Source: an uncultured Prevotellaceae bacterium
Lineage (GTDB): Bacteria; Bacteroidota; Bacteroidia; Bacteroidales; Bacteroidaceae
Direction of reading: 5' to 3'
DNA length: 64,000 nt
NCBI GenBank assembly: GCA_902774795.1
Contig: CACYKA010000007.1
Span: forward strand, 1,338-65,337
Positions 8,375 to 18,472 of this stretch are shown piece by piece. Position 1 is the stretch's first letter. Each line of letters opens with the position of its first letter. Made by a program: the position numbers and the translations under genes. The notes under the pieces were generated by a model. That model worked only from the letters and a program-made list of their open reading frames with translations, did no database searches and had not been told where the DNA came from.

Positions 8375-9822
8375 TGAGTCCATTTCTTATAAGAACACTT
8401 GAATTCATTCTCGCAATCACCATCCTTGTGGCACTCCACGAGGGAGGACATTTCTTTTTCTCAAAGCTCTTTGGCGTAAGAGTGAATAAATTCTACGTCT
8501 TCTTCGACTATAAATTCAGACTCTTCTCAACGAAATTCGGCTGGTGGAGAAAGCTGCGCGGATTGCCGCCAGCAAAGAAGAAGGAAGACGGAACATACGA
8601 ATATGAGGGTACTGAATACGGCATCGGCTGGATACCTCTCGGCGGCTACTGCCAGATAGAAGGCATGATAGACGAGACACAGCATGACGTAGAAAAGCTG
8701 AAAGAGCCAGCACAGCCCTGGGAGTTCAGGGGTAAACCCTGCTGGCAAAGACTGCTGATAATGATTGGCGGCGTGCTGGTAAACTTCCTTCTGGCATTAG
8801 TGATTTACTGCGCAGTTTTCTTTGCATGGGGCGAAGACTATATCGCAGTAAAGGATATGCCCTACGGCATGAAATTCAATGAGGAAGCCAAAGCCTTAGG
8901 ATTTAAAGACCACGATATACTTACCGGCTGCAAGGAAGCCGACGGAGAGACCATAGAATTCCGCGAATTCGGAGCACAGCTGTTCAGGGACATTGCTGCA
9001 GCAAAGTCTGTCAGCGTGATACGTGACGGCAAGAAAGTTGAGATAGCCACTCCTGGTGACCTCTCGCTCCTGACGATGCTGAAGTCAGAGCCCGTATTCT
9101 GCAGACCATTCGTTCCAGCAGAGGTTGACACCGTCCTTGCAGGCACTCCCGCAGCGAAGGCAGGCATAAAGAAAGGCGACAAGATTATTGCGCTGGGAAG
9201 CAAACCCATTGACTCTTGGAACGCCTTCACCTACGAGACCGGACGCATAACAGACATGCTTACCGACTGCACGACAAAAGCAGACTCAACAAAGGTGCTT
9301 ACAAAGCAGGTGGTGCTTCAGCGCGGAAATGCCACAGACACAGTAACGGTGACATTCGACAACGAGGCAAAACTCGGTGTAGGAATGACGACGATAGCCA
9401 ACTATGCAAAGATAACGCACATCGAGCACGACATACTCTCATGCATACCGGCAGGCTGCGGCTATGCAATAGACATGCTGGGCGGATATGTCAGTGACCT
9501 GAAATACGTAGCCACCAAGGAGGGAGCAAAAAGCCTCGGCGGATTCGGTGCCATTGGCAGCATGTTCCCACCAGTATGGGATTGGTACATGTTCTGGATG
9601 ATGACAGCATTCCTGAGCATCATTCTCGCCTTTATGAACATCTTGCCGATACCAGCCCTTGACGGCGGACACGTAATGTTCCTGCTCTACGAAATGATAT
9701 TCAGAAGAAAGCCGGGACTTAACTTCATGGTAAGAGCTGAATATATCGGCATGGGAATATTGTTATTACTAATGGTTGTTGCAAACCTTAACGACATACT
9801 CAGATGGTTAGGAATGATGTAA
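8371..9822 (+). CDS. rseP: RIP metalloprotease RseP
   Basis: HEGGH, PDZ region and NILPIPALDGG. Confidence 0.93.
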   Translation: MMSPFLIRTLEFILAITILVALHEGGHFFFSKLFGVRVNKFYVFFDYKFRLFSTKFGWWRKLRGLPPAKKKEDGTYEYEGTEYGIGWIPLGGYCQIEGMIDETQHDVEKLKEPAQPWEFRGKPCWQRLLIMIGGVLVNFLLALVIYCAVFFAWGEDYIAVKDMPYGMKFNEEAKALGFKDHDILTGCKEADGETIEFREFGAQLFRDIAAAKSVSVIRDGKKVEIATPGDLSLLTMLKSEPVFCRPFVPAEVDTVLAGTPAAKAGIKKGDKIIALGSKPIDSWNAFTYETGRITDMLTDCTTKADSTKVLTKQVVLQRGNATDTVTVTFDNEAKLGVGMTTIANYAKITHIEHDILSCIPAGCGYAIDMLGGYVSDLKYVATKEGAKSLGGFGAIGSMFPPVWDWYMFWMMTAFLSIILAFMNILPIPALDGGHVMFLLYEMIFRRKPGLNFMVRAEYIGMGILLLLMVVANLNDILRWLGMM

Positions 9823-10388
9823 GCAGGGGGAAACTGTTAATCTTCTCTGCCCCAAGCGGAAGCGGCAAATCGACAATAATAAACTGGCTGATGGAGAATC
9901 ATCCGGAACTGAACATGAAGTTCAGCATATCCTGCACCTCACGTCCACCACGCGGGAAGGAGCAGAACGGTGTGGAGTATTTCTTCCTCACTCCTGAGGA
10001 ATTCCGCAAGAAGATTGCCGATGACGAGTTCGTAGAATACGAAGAGGTATATACGGACCGCTACTATGGCACGCTGAAGAGCCAGGTGGAGAAACAGTTG
10101 GAAAATAGCGAGAACGTAGTCTTCGACGTTGACGTGCACGGTGCCATGAACATCAAGAAAGCATACGGCAGTCAGGCATTAAGCCTATTCATACAGCCCC
10201 CATCGGTAGAAGAATTGCGCAAACGCCTTACCGTCAGGGGAACAGAAGTAGCCGAAGAGATTGAGAAGCGCATCGGCAGAGCTGAATATGAACTGACATT
10301 CGCAGAAAAATTCGATACCGTCATCATCAATGACGACCTAGAGAAGGCAAAAGAAGAAACGCTTAAGAAAATACAGGCATTCCTATGA
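9804..10388 (+). CDS. gmk: Guanylate kinase
   Basis: SAPSGSGKST, TSRPPR and YYGT motifs. Confidence 0.95.
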   Translation: MVRNDVSRGKLLIFSAPSGSGKSTIINWLMENHPELNMKFSISCTSRPPRGKEQNGVEYFFLTPEEFRKKIADDEFVEYEEVYTDRYYGTLKSQVEKQLENSENVVFDVDVHGAMNIKKAYGSQALSLFIQPPSVEELRKRLTVRGTEVAEEIEKRIGRAEYELTFAEKFDTVIINDDLEKAKEETLKKIQAFL

Positions 10389-11323
10389 TAAAACTCGCTA
10401 TTGTATCACCATGCTATAATGAAGAAGCAGTATTGCTGGATGCAGCCTCCCACATGGCTGCAGTCTTTCAGGACCTGATTGGCAAAGGAAAGATTACGGC
10501 AGACAGTTTCCTTCTATACGTAAATGATGGCTCAGAAGACAATACATGGAATATTATTTGTCAATTGGCCAAAGAATACTCCTTTGTCAAAGGTGTTAAC
10601 CTTGCACACAATGCAGGGCACCAAAACGCTATTATGGCCGGCATGATGATAGCAAGACACGAGGCAGATGCTGTCATCACAATGGACTGTGACCTGCAGG
10701 ATGATGTAACTGCCATAGAGAAGATGATTGACAAACATGCACTTGGTGCAGACATCGTCTATGGAGTGAAGGTAGATCGTCATGCTGATACATGGAAGAA
10801 GAAGACGTCAGCCCAGATGTTCTACAATCTGCTGGCATGGATGGGAGTGAAAGTGGTGTATAACCATGCTGATTTCCGTTTCCTTTCAAAACGCGTACTT
10901 GACGCCCTAAGCGAATTTCCAGAGCGCAACCTGTATTTGCGTGGCATGATACCACTTATAGGTTTCAAGTCAGATACTGTTGACGATGTTCTGTCGCCGC
11001 GTCTGGCAGGAAAATCGAAATACACCATCGGAAAGATGATGCGGCTGGCAACTGACGGAGTGACGAGTTTCTCAACAAGACCTATCGAACTCATCATATA
11101 CCTAGGACTGCTGATGCTGTTCGTAGCATTCTGTATGTTCATATATGTTACAGTATCACTTCTTATCGGTCACTACACCGATGGCTGGGCATCACTGATG
11201 ATGTCTCTGTGGGCTATAGGTGCTATCATAACCCTCTCTGTAGGCGTAGCAGGTTTATACATCGGAAAGATATACATCGAAGTTAAACGCAGACCGCTAT
11301 ACACCATTGAGAGCAGGGTATAG
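10385..11323 (+). CDS. GT2 polyprenol-phosphate glycosyltransferase (GtrB/ArnC-like)
   Basis: PCYNEE, NDGSED and DCDLQD motifs, two C-terminal TM helices, KRRPLY end. Confidence 0.88.
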   Translation: MIKLAIVSPCYNEEAVLLDAASHMAAVFQDLIGKGKITADSFLLYVNDGSEDNTWNIICQLAKEYSFVKGVNLAHNAGHQNAIMAGMMIARHEADAVITMDCDLQDDVTAIEKMIDKHALGADIVYGVKVDRHADTWKKKTSAQMFYNLLAWMGVKVVYNHADFRFLSKRVLDALSEFPERNLYLRGMIPLIGFKSDTVDDVLSPRLAGKSKYTIGKMMRLATDGVTSFSTRPIELIIYLGLLMLFVAFCMFIYVTVSLLIGHYTDGWASLMMSLWAIGAIITLSVGVAGLYIGKIYIEVKRRPLYTIESRV

Positions 11324-11341
11324 AATAAAAACGACAAAGGT

Positions 11342-12562
11342 ATGAGCAAGACTCAGATAAAGAATTTCCTGTCAGACAGACGGACGATGTTCGGATTGTG
11401 GATGCTGTTAGGGATTATTAGTGCCCTGACAAAACTGACACGCCACAACAACTTTGATATCTTCCGCTATGTCTTTTATAACACCTGGAATCAGACATCC
11501 CTTTATGCGGAGAACACAGACGGGGGACATTGGGACATCAACCACTACGGACCTTTCTTCTCTCTGATTATTGCGCCCTTTGCTGTCATCCCGACATGGT
11601 TAGGGTTGATACTTTGGAACACCTGTCTGGCTGTATTTCTGTATTGGGCAATTGCAAGGCTTACAAGTCTAAAGATACAGGATTCATCATTCCAACCGTA
11701 TCTTCATATACTGATTGCTTATTTCTGTGCACACGAACTGCTCACTGCACTCTTTATGCAGCAGTTCAACATAGCCATTGCAGCAATCATACTGCTGTCA
11801 TTCTACTTTGTAGAGAAAGAACGTGATGAGTATGCTACATTCTTCATTGTTGTGGGTACTTTGGTGAAACTGTACGGCATCGTCGGACTGGTATTCTTCT
11901 TTTTTTCCAAGCACAAGGTGCGCTATCTAGTATCGCTCATCGTTTGGTCAGTAGTACTCTTTTGTCTGCCGATGCTTATATCTTCCCCAGAATATCAGAT
12001 ACAGCAGTATCAGGAATGGTTTACCTGTCTGGCAGGAAAGAACTCCGAGAACCTCCTTGCCAATTCACAGAATATATCATTGATGGGAATGATAACAAAG
12101 ATAACCTACGGCCTCAGCGGAGGAAAGATAATACACGATGCATCATGGATTATACTTCCTGCTATGGTGCTCATGGCAATAGGCTATTTCAGAGTCAGGC
12201 AATGGAAGAATCCGATGTTCCGCATACAGATACTGGCAGCTGTCATGATGTTCGTAGTACTTTTCTCTACAGGTTCAGAATCGAGCGGTTACATCACACC
12301 ATTCGTCGGAATATGCATTTGGTATTGCTGCGTTCCATGGCAAAGGAATCGTTGGGACATCGCGCTGATGGTATTTGCATTTTTCGTTACGTCAATGTCG
12401 CCGTCAGACTTATTCCCTGCATACATCAGGAAAGAATGGATTCAGCCTTACGCTCTCAAAGCTCTGCCCATAACAATAATATGGCTGAAACTGGCATACG
12501 AGATAATTTGTAAATCCTATATAGTAAAAACTCAATCCGCAAATGATACTGCTAAGCTTTGA
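11342..12562 (+). CDS. GT87/DUF2029 multi-TM glycosyltransferase (GT-C fold)
   Basis: Multi-TM protein with NNFDIF, NHYGPFF and QQFN motifs. Confidence 0.75.
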   Translation: MSKTQIKNFLSDRRTMFGLWMLLGIISALTKLTRHNNFDIFRYVFYNTWNQTSLYAENTDGGHWDINHYGPFFSLIIAPFAVIPTWLGLILWNTCLAVFLYWAIARLTSLKIQDSSFQPYLHILIAYFCAHELLTALFMQQFNIAIAAIILLSFYFVEKERDEYATFFIVVGTLVKLYGIVGLVFFFFSKHKVRYLVSLIVWSVVLFCLPMLISSPEYQIQQYQEWFTCLAGKNSENLLANSQNISLMGMITKITYGLSGGKIIHDASWIILPAMVLMAIGYFRVRQWKNPMFRIQILAAVMMFVVLFSTGSESSGYITPFVGICIWYCCVPWQRNRWDIALMVFAFFVTSMSPSDLFPAYIRKEWIQPYALKALPITIIWLKLAYEIICKSYIVKTQSANDTAKL

Positions 12563-13325
12563 CACAGAGGAATTTGACGTACCACGCGAGCATGGCGTTG
12601 AGTATGACACGCTGAAGGAGGGTATGGAAGTATCGAAGTATGGTACTAACCGCATACTCGACTGTTTGGAAGAATGCGGCGTAAAGGGTACATTCTTCTG
12701 CACGACAAACTTTGCCACCCATGCTCCGGAAGTGATGCAGCGCATCATCAATGGAGGGCATGAAGTTGCTGCACACGGATGCGACCACTGGAATCCAAAA
12801 GCGGATGATGTAATAAACTCCAAACGTATTCTTGAGGAACTTACCGGCCAAACCATCAAGGGATACAGACAACCTAGGATGTTCAAGGTTGACATAGCAG
12901 AGCAGGCAAGGCAGGGATATCTATACAATGCCAGTCTTAACCCAGCATTTATCCCTGGTCGATATATGCATCTTACGACACCTCGCACATACTTCATGGA
13001 AAAGGGAGTGCTTCAGATACCAGCATCTGTTTCACCAATATTACGAATACCGATGTTCTGGCTGTCGTTGCACAATTTCCCACTATGGCTATATAAGGCT
13101 CTGACATTCCGCATACTGAAGCATGACGGTTATTTCAACACATATTTCCATCCATGGGAATTCTATCCACTTGGGGAACACCCAGAACTAAAGATGCCAT
13201 ACATCATCAGACACAACGCAGGACAAGGAATGTATGACAGGCTGAAAGATGTTATTCTGAGCCTCAAGGCAAAGGGAGAAGAATTCGGAACATACAAAGA
13301 GTTCGCAGAGAGAGTAACCCAATAA
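12543..13325 (+). CDS. Polysaccharide deacetylase (CE4-like)
   Basis: LSFDTEEFD, HEVAAHGCDH, YRQPR and YFHPWE motifs. Confidence 0.88.
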   Translation: MILLSFDTEEFDVPREHGVEYDTLKEGMEVSKYGTNRILDCLEECGVKGTFFCTTNFATHAPEVMQRIINGGHEVAAHGCDHWNPKADDVINSKRILEELTGQTIKGYRQPRMFKVDIAEQARQGYLYNASLNPAFIPGRYMHLTTPRTYFMEKGVLQIPASVSPILRIPMFWLSLHNFPLWLYKALTFRILKHDGYFNTYFHPWEFYPLGEHPELKMPYIIRHNAGQGMYDRLKDVILSLKAKGEEFGTYKEFAERVTQ

Positions 13326-15118
13326 TGAAACCCATTAAAACCCTCATAGCCATCTTCGTCTTATGGACGATTGTAGGAATGGTGAGCAAAATACCATTCT
13401 TGCTGATGTACAATGGCTCTATGAGCACAGACTGGCTACTCGTCATCTCGCATGGGTTAAGGTTGGACATAGCAATAGCAGGATACCTCAGCATGATTCC
13501 CGGATTAATACTTATAATTCAGGAAATCAAGGAGTATCATTGGTATCGCTGGCTATGGAAAGGGTATTTTTTCATTACATCACTTCTTTATTCACTTGCT
13601 ATAATTGCCAATCTGGGGTTGTATGGTTACTGGGGATTCCCTCTCGACAATACTCCCCTACTCTATCTCAGGACATCACCCAAGGATGCTTTCGCAAGTG
13701 TCCCTATCTGGCAGACGATTACATTATTGGTTATTATTATTCTCGTAGCATGGATAATCTACAAGGTCTTTGTCAGAGTTACCAAACAATCCGAATCGTC
13801 CCATACACCCATACAACGCCTGTGTTATGCTGTAGGTTTACTTATCCTTACAACAGCAATGATAATTCCAATCCGTGGAGGATTCAGCACAGGGACGAAC
13901 CATACAGGCTCTGTATATTTCTCGCCCGACATTAAGTTGAACCATGCAGCTGTTAATCCTGCATTCTGCTTCTTTGAGTCCATTTCTCACCAGAAGCAAG
14001 ACCTCTCAACGATGTACCGTTTCATGGAATACAAAGACGCAGAGAAGATTTTCCAGGGGATGATAAAGACTGCAAGTATTCAGAAGGAAAGGAATGACAA
14101 GAATATACTCCTTATCATACTTGAGAGTTTCTCTGATTCTATCATGCACATTCCTGGTGCTACGCCGCAAATCAACAAGCTATCCACAGAAGGCCTTTAC
14201 TTCCCCAATTTCTATGCAAGCAGCACAAGGACAGACAGGGCATTGGCTTCTATCTTAAGCGGAGTTCCTGCACAGCCCACAATGACCATTTTGGATGTTC
14301 CGCGTATCAGTAACAGCCTGCCATCACTTGCAAGTTCGCTCAAACAACGTGGATACACCACACATTTCTATTATGGCGGTGACACAAACTACAGCAACAT
14401 GCAGTCGTATCTTATGGCAACAGGTTTTCAAAAGGTAACAAGCGAAACAGACTTCCCTGCCCAAGAACTGATATGCAAATGGGGAGCACCTGACGAATAT
14501 GTATATAACAGGCTGCTAAATGACATAAAAGAAGATGAGGCTGACGGCAAAGGGCGAAAGTGGTTCAAGGCGATTCTTACAGAAAGCAGCCACGAACCGT
14601 TTGACGTACCATACAAAAGCAAGGACGCGAATATAGCCTCATCAGATGTGCTTAACGCTTTTGCCTATTCTGACAAATGTCTCGGAGACTTCATCAATAA
14701 AATGAAGGCTCTGCCATGTTGGAGCAATACAATGGTAGTAATTGTAGCAGATCATCTCGGGGCTTTCCCAGAAGATATTGACAACTACAAACAGTGGAGA
14801 TACCATATACCTTTTATTATATTAAATGCGGATATGGACATTGACGTCAACGTTATAGCCGGGCAGATAGACATTCCCGCTACGATATTAAGTATTCTCG
14901 GATATGACCACCGTGAATTCCTCTTCTCAAAAGACATGCGTGATGCTGATGCACCACACTTTGCATTCTTTAGTTTCCCAGATGCAATGGGTATGGTAGA
15001 AGACGGACGTTTCATGGTCTATGACAATAACAGTAATCAATTGCAGGGAGCGCCAGAGCTGGAAAATCCAGCAAAGGCTTACCTACAAAAACTATATGAC
15101 TATCTTTCAAAAAAATAA
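13325..15118 (+). CDS. LTA synthase family / sulfatase-like phosphoglycerol transferase
   Basis: N-terminal TMs, then ILESF, RTDR, SSHEPF and ADH motifs. Confidence 0.85.
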   Translation: MKPIKTLIAIFVLWTIVGMVSKIPFLLMYNGSMSTDWLLVISHGLRLDIAIAGYLSMIPGLILIIQEIKEYHWYRWLWKGYFFITSLLYSLAIIANLGLYGYWGFPLDNTPLLYLRTSPKDAFASVPIWQTITLLVIIILVAWIIYKVFVRVTKQSESSHTPIQRLCYAVGLLILTTAMIIPIRGGFSTGTNHTGSVYFSPDIKLNHAAVNPAFCFFESISHQKQDLSTMYRFMEYKDAEKIFQGMIKTASIQKERNDKNILLIILESFSDSIMHIPGATPQINKLSTEGLYFPNFYASSTRTDRALASILSGVPAQPTMTILDVPRISNSLPSLASSLKQRGYTTHFYYGGDTNYSNMQSYLMATGFQKVTSETDFPAQELICKWGAPDEYVYNRLLNDIKEDEADGKGRKWFKAILTESSHEPFDVPYKSKDANIASSDVLNAFAYSDKCLGDFINKMKALPCWSNTMVVIVADHLGAFPEDIDNYKQWRYHIPFIILNADMDIDVNVIAGQIDIPATILSILGYDHREFLFSKDMRDADAPHFAFFSFPDAMGMVEDGRFMVYDNNSNQLQGAPELENPAKAYLQKLYDYLSKK

Positions 15119-15122
15119 CAAT

Positions 15123-15860
15123 ATGAAAGCAATAATCCTGGCAGCCGGAATGGCCTCACGCCTTCGTCCCTTAACAAACAACACTCCAAAGTGCCTACTT
15201 AAGATAGGCGAACGCAGCCTACTGCAGCGTTCAATTGATGCCCTGACAAGCAACGGCATCAAAGAGATAGTAATTGTTACAGGATATCTGAACAACCTAA
15301 TTGAAGACTTCGTCAGGGAGCAATATCCCGATGTAAACGTTTCATTCATCCATAATGACATATATGATTCTACAAACAATATATACTCGCTTTGGCTCGC
15401 ACGTCCGAAAGCCGACGGAGAAGAAATACTGCTCCTTGACAGCGACCTGTTGTATGACCCAGAGATTATAGCACGAGTTCTCGATACACCTGCAGAAAAC
15501 ATTCTCACCCTTATACGACATGACCTCGGAGAGGAGGAAATGAAAGTTGTAACGGATGGAGGTTCCGAAGGAAACATTACGGAGATTAGCAAGACCTGTT
15601 CTCCCGCTGATGCCATCGGTGAAAGCCTTGGTATTGAGAAAATGGGGAAATCATACACATCAGCATTGTACAAGGAATTGGAGCCTATGATGAATCAAGA
15701 GCATCTGGAGAACGTATTCTACGAAAAGGCATTTGAGCGTCTAATACCTAAGGGGCACACATTCAAGGTGCTTGATGTAACAGATCTGTTCTCATGCGAA
15801 TTGGATACTGTCGAAGACTTCCAAAATGCCAAGGAAAAGATACCACAGTCATTATATTAA
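15123..15860 (+). CDS. Phosphocholine cytidylyltransferase-like nucleotidyltransferase (LicC family)
   Basis: ILAAGMASRL, TNNIYSL and ELDTVED motifs. Start reassigned to ATG at 15123. Confidence 0.8.
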   Translation: MKAIILAAGMASRLRPLTNNTPKCLLKIGERSLLQRSIDALTSNGIKEIVIVTGYLNNLIEDFVREQYPDVNVSFIHNDIYDSTNNIYSLWLARPKADGEEILLLDSDLLYDPEIIARVLDTPAENILTLIRHDLGEEEMKVVTDGGSEGNITEISKTCSPADAIGESLGIEKMGKSYTSALYKELEPMMNQEHLENVFYEKAFERLIPKGHTFKVLDVTDLFSCELDTVEDFQNAKEKIPQSLY

Positions 15861-15863
15861 AAT

Positions 15864-16814
15864 ATGGGTTACAACAAAGAACGATATCCAAGACTAAAGA
15901 ATATTGCTTACCACATACTTTTCGTTGTATGGTATGCCGTTTCTTGTCTTCCTATGTGGGTACTCTATGCAATATCGACTATACTGTCCATAATACTATT
16001 CTATATAGTCAGATACCGCAGAAAAGTTGTTCATCAGAATATCAAAGCAAGTTATCCCGAACTCTCTTCAAAACGTCGCTGGATGATTGAGAGACGTTTC
16101 TATCTGCACTTCTGTGATTTATTTATGGAGAGCATAAAGTATTTCTCCATTTCAGAAAAGAACATACGTAAGCGCATGCGTTTCAAGGGCGTAGAATTAT
16201 TGGAACAATCAGCAAAAAACGGAAGATCATGTGGAGTCTTTTTAGGCCATTATGCAAATTGGGAATGGATTAGCAGTATGCCACTATGGATTGATCCATC
16301 CTTATGTTTATGTACACAATTGTATCATCCGATAGAGAACCTTGTTACAGATCGTCTACTTGCATATACTCGCCAACGCTGGGGAGGAGTGAATATAAAT
16401 GCGGAACACTCAATACGTGAACTTGTCAAATACCGGCAGATGGGAAAGCCTATATTAATAGGTTTCATTGCAGACCAAACTCCTGTATATGACAACATCC
16501 ATTATTGGACAAATTTCCTCAACCATCCAGAAACACCAGTTTTTACTGGCGCAGAGAAAATCATGCAGAAATTTGATATGGATGTATATTATCTGGATGT
16601 ACGTCGTATTCGCAGAGGTCATTATGTAGCGGAATATAAACTCATTACCACTGAGCCCCAGAAATATGGGGAGTTTGAACTAACGGAAATATACACACGC
16701 ATGATGGAGCACACCATCAACAGGGCCCCTGCTTATTGGCTGTGGAGTCATAAAAGATGGAAGAGGACAAAAGAAGGTTATTACGAGAAATACCCAAATA
16801 GAAGACCAGTATGA
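15864..16814 (+). CDS. Lipid A biosynthesis acyltransferase (LpxL/HtrB family)
   Basis: GHYANWE, IADQ and YWLWSHKRWK motifs. Confidence 0.88.
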   Translation: MGYNKERYPRLKNIAYHILFVVWYAVSCLPMWVLYAISTILSIILFYIVRYRRKVVHQNIKASYPELSSKRRWMIERRFYLHFCDLFMESIKYFSISEKNIRKRMRFKGVELLEQSAKNGRSCGVFLGHYANWEWISSMPLWIDPSLCLCTQLYHPIENLVTDRLLAYTRQRWGGVNINAEHSIRELVKYRQMGKPILIGFIADQTPVYDNIHYWTNFLNHPETPVFTGAEKIMQKFDMDVYYLDVRRIRRGHYVAEYKLITTEPQKYGEFELTEIYTRMMEHTINRAPAYWLWSHKRWKRTKEGYYEKYPNRRPV

Positions 16815-17575
16815 TTAGCGTTGTCATAAACACATATAATGCCGAGCAGCATCTAAGGAAGGTTCTTGAATCGGTAAAGGAATTTGACGAAATTGTCATC
16901 TGCGACATGGAGAGTACGGACGGCACCCTTGAAATAGCAAAAGAATACGGATGCAAAACAGTATGCTTTCCTAAGAGGGACTATACTATTGTAGAGCCTG
17001 CACGTAATTTTGCTATTCAGCAAGCGTCACACGAATGGGTGTTAGTAGTTGATGCCGATGAATTAGTAACTCCTGCCCTGAAAGAATTTCTATACAATAT
17101 CATATCTGACAACACATCAGACACCCACGGCATTTATATTCCACGCCGCAACTACTTCATGGGAACCTTCATGCATTCCTTGTATCCTGATTACATCCTG
17201 CGTTTCTTTAGGAAAGACAGTGTTGACTGGCCACCCATCATACATGTCCAGCCTAACGTGCAAGGCAAGGTAATATATGCTCCCAAGAATGCAGGACTTG
17301 CTTTTGAGCATCTTGCAAATGACACAATTTCGAACCGTTTGAAGAAAACTGACATCTATACTGACAACGAATGCATAAAGAAAGCCAACAAGCACTATGG
17401 CATAATGGCATTTCTTTTCCGTCCCACGCATCGATTTATCAAAAGCTACATCATTAAGGGAGGCTTTCGCGACGGACTGCCAGGATTCATATATGCATGC
17501 TTGGAGGCAATGTATCAAGTTGTCATGATGGGAAAATTGTATCAAAAGAACTCCCCTCGCAACACCCTCTCATAG
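16811..17575 (+). CDS. GT2 glycosyltransferase (WaaE/KdtX-like)
   Basis: DMESTDGT, VDADE and GGFRDGLPG motifs. Confidence 0.85.
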   Translation: MISVVINTYNAEQHLRKVLESVKEFDEIVICDMESTDGTLEIAKEYGCKTVCFPKRDYTIVEPARNFAIQQASHEWVLVVDADELVTPALKEFLYNIISDNTSDTHGIYIPRRNYFMGTFMHSLYPDYILRFFRKDSVDWPPIIHVQPNVQGKVIYAPKNAGLAFEHLANDTISNRLKKTDIYTDNECIKKANKHYGIMAFLFRPTHRFIKSYIIKGGFRDGLPGFIYACLEAMYQVVMMGKLYQKNSPRNTLS

Positions 17576-18471
17576 TATTCCATATAGCGTTCTGCCATAA
17601 TCCGAGAATTAAAAAGGTCCCTCGCATATTCGTGGCATCTTACAGGATTGTAATCATAGTGGTTCCTCAGGTGTTCCACCATTTCCTGCATATCTTCTGT
17701 AAGGAATCCTACTTCCTTTGGCACTAACTCCGGCAATGAGCCATATGGAGTACCAAAGACTGGGCAACCACAATACAAGCTTTCCGTTATTGCCAAGCCA
17801 AAAGGCTCATCCCATTTCACAGGAAATATCAGGCCCTTGCTATGCTGCAACAAGTCCACCTTCTCCTTGCCGCCTACCATTCCTTTAAACCGCACTCTTG
17901 GAGATAGAGTCAGGCGGAAGCCCATCTTGAAATTTAGACGTGTACCACCCAGGACATATAACTTTTCCCCTGGAAGACTTGTAACAATGTCAATGGCACC
18001 ACGTACATTCTTAACCCTCCATGCAGCCTTACCAAGGAAATGGTAGTATTCACGTGGGGATGATGTATTTAATTCTCCATAATCGTCCCAGTCAAGCCCA
18101 TTATACACATAATACTCCGACCCATGACGCTCAGCATGATTGCGAGAAACAAATATTGCATTCTTAGGAACAACTGCATTATAATTCCCATGAACAGTCA
18201 CCACATAAGGTTTTTCTCCAGTATACCCCAACTCTGATGTATTAAAATGTATTACATCAATGTCATCTGGTATCTGTTCATTAATATGCTTCTGCGGATT
18301 GTATGTGAGACATTTCGCAAAAGGACATTCTGAACCAGATTTACATAACAGCGACACCTTATGTCCCATCTTGTGTAACTCATGGGCAAGATACCACAGC
18401 ACCCGTTCTGTGCCCCCATACAAAAGAGCTGGAAAGAGGGAATTCTGTACTATGAGTATGTTCATCTGCAA
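17542..18471 (-). CDS. GT4 glycosyltransferase
   Basis: YGGTERV and WDEPFGLAITE motifs. Confidence 0.85.
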   Translation of the reverse strand: MQMNILIVQNSLFPALLYGGTERVLWYLAHELHKMGHKVSLLCKSGSECPFAKCLTYNPQKHINEQIPDDIDVIHFNTSELGYTGEKPYVVTVHGNYNAVVPKNAIFVSRNHAERHGSEYYVYNGLDWDDYGELNTSSPREYYHFLGKAAWRVKNVRGAIDIVTSLPGEKLYVLGGTRLNFKMGFRLTLSPRVRFKGMVGGKEKVDLLQHSKGLIFPVKWDEPFGLAITESLYCGCPVFGTPYGSLPELVPKEVGFLTEDMQEMVEHLRNHYDYNPVRCHEYARDLFNSRIMAERYMEYYERVLRGEFF

Positions 18472-18472
18472 T

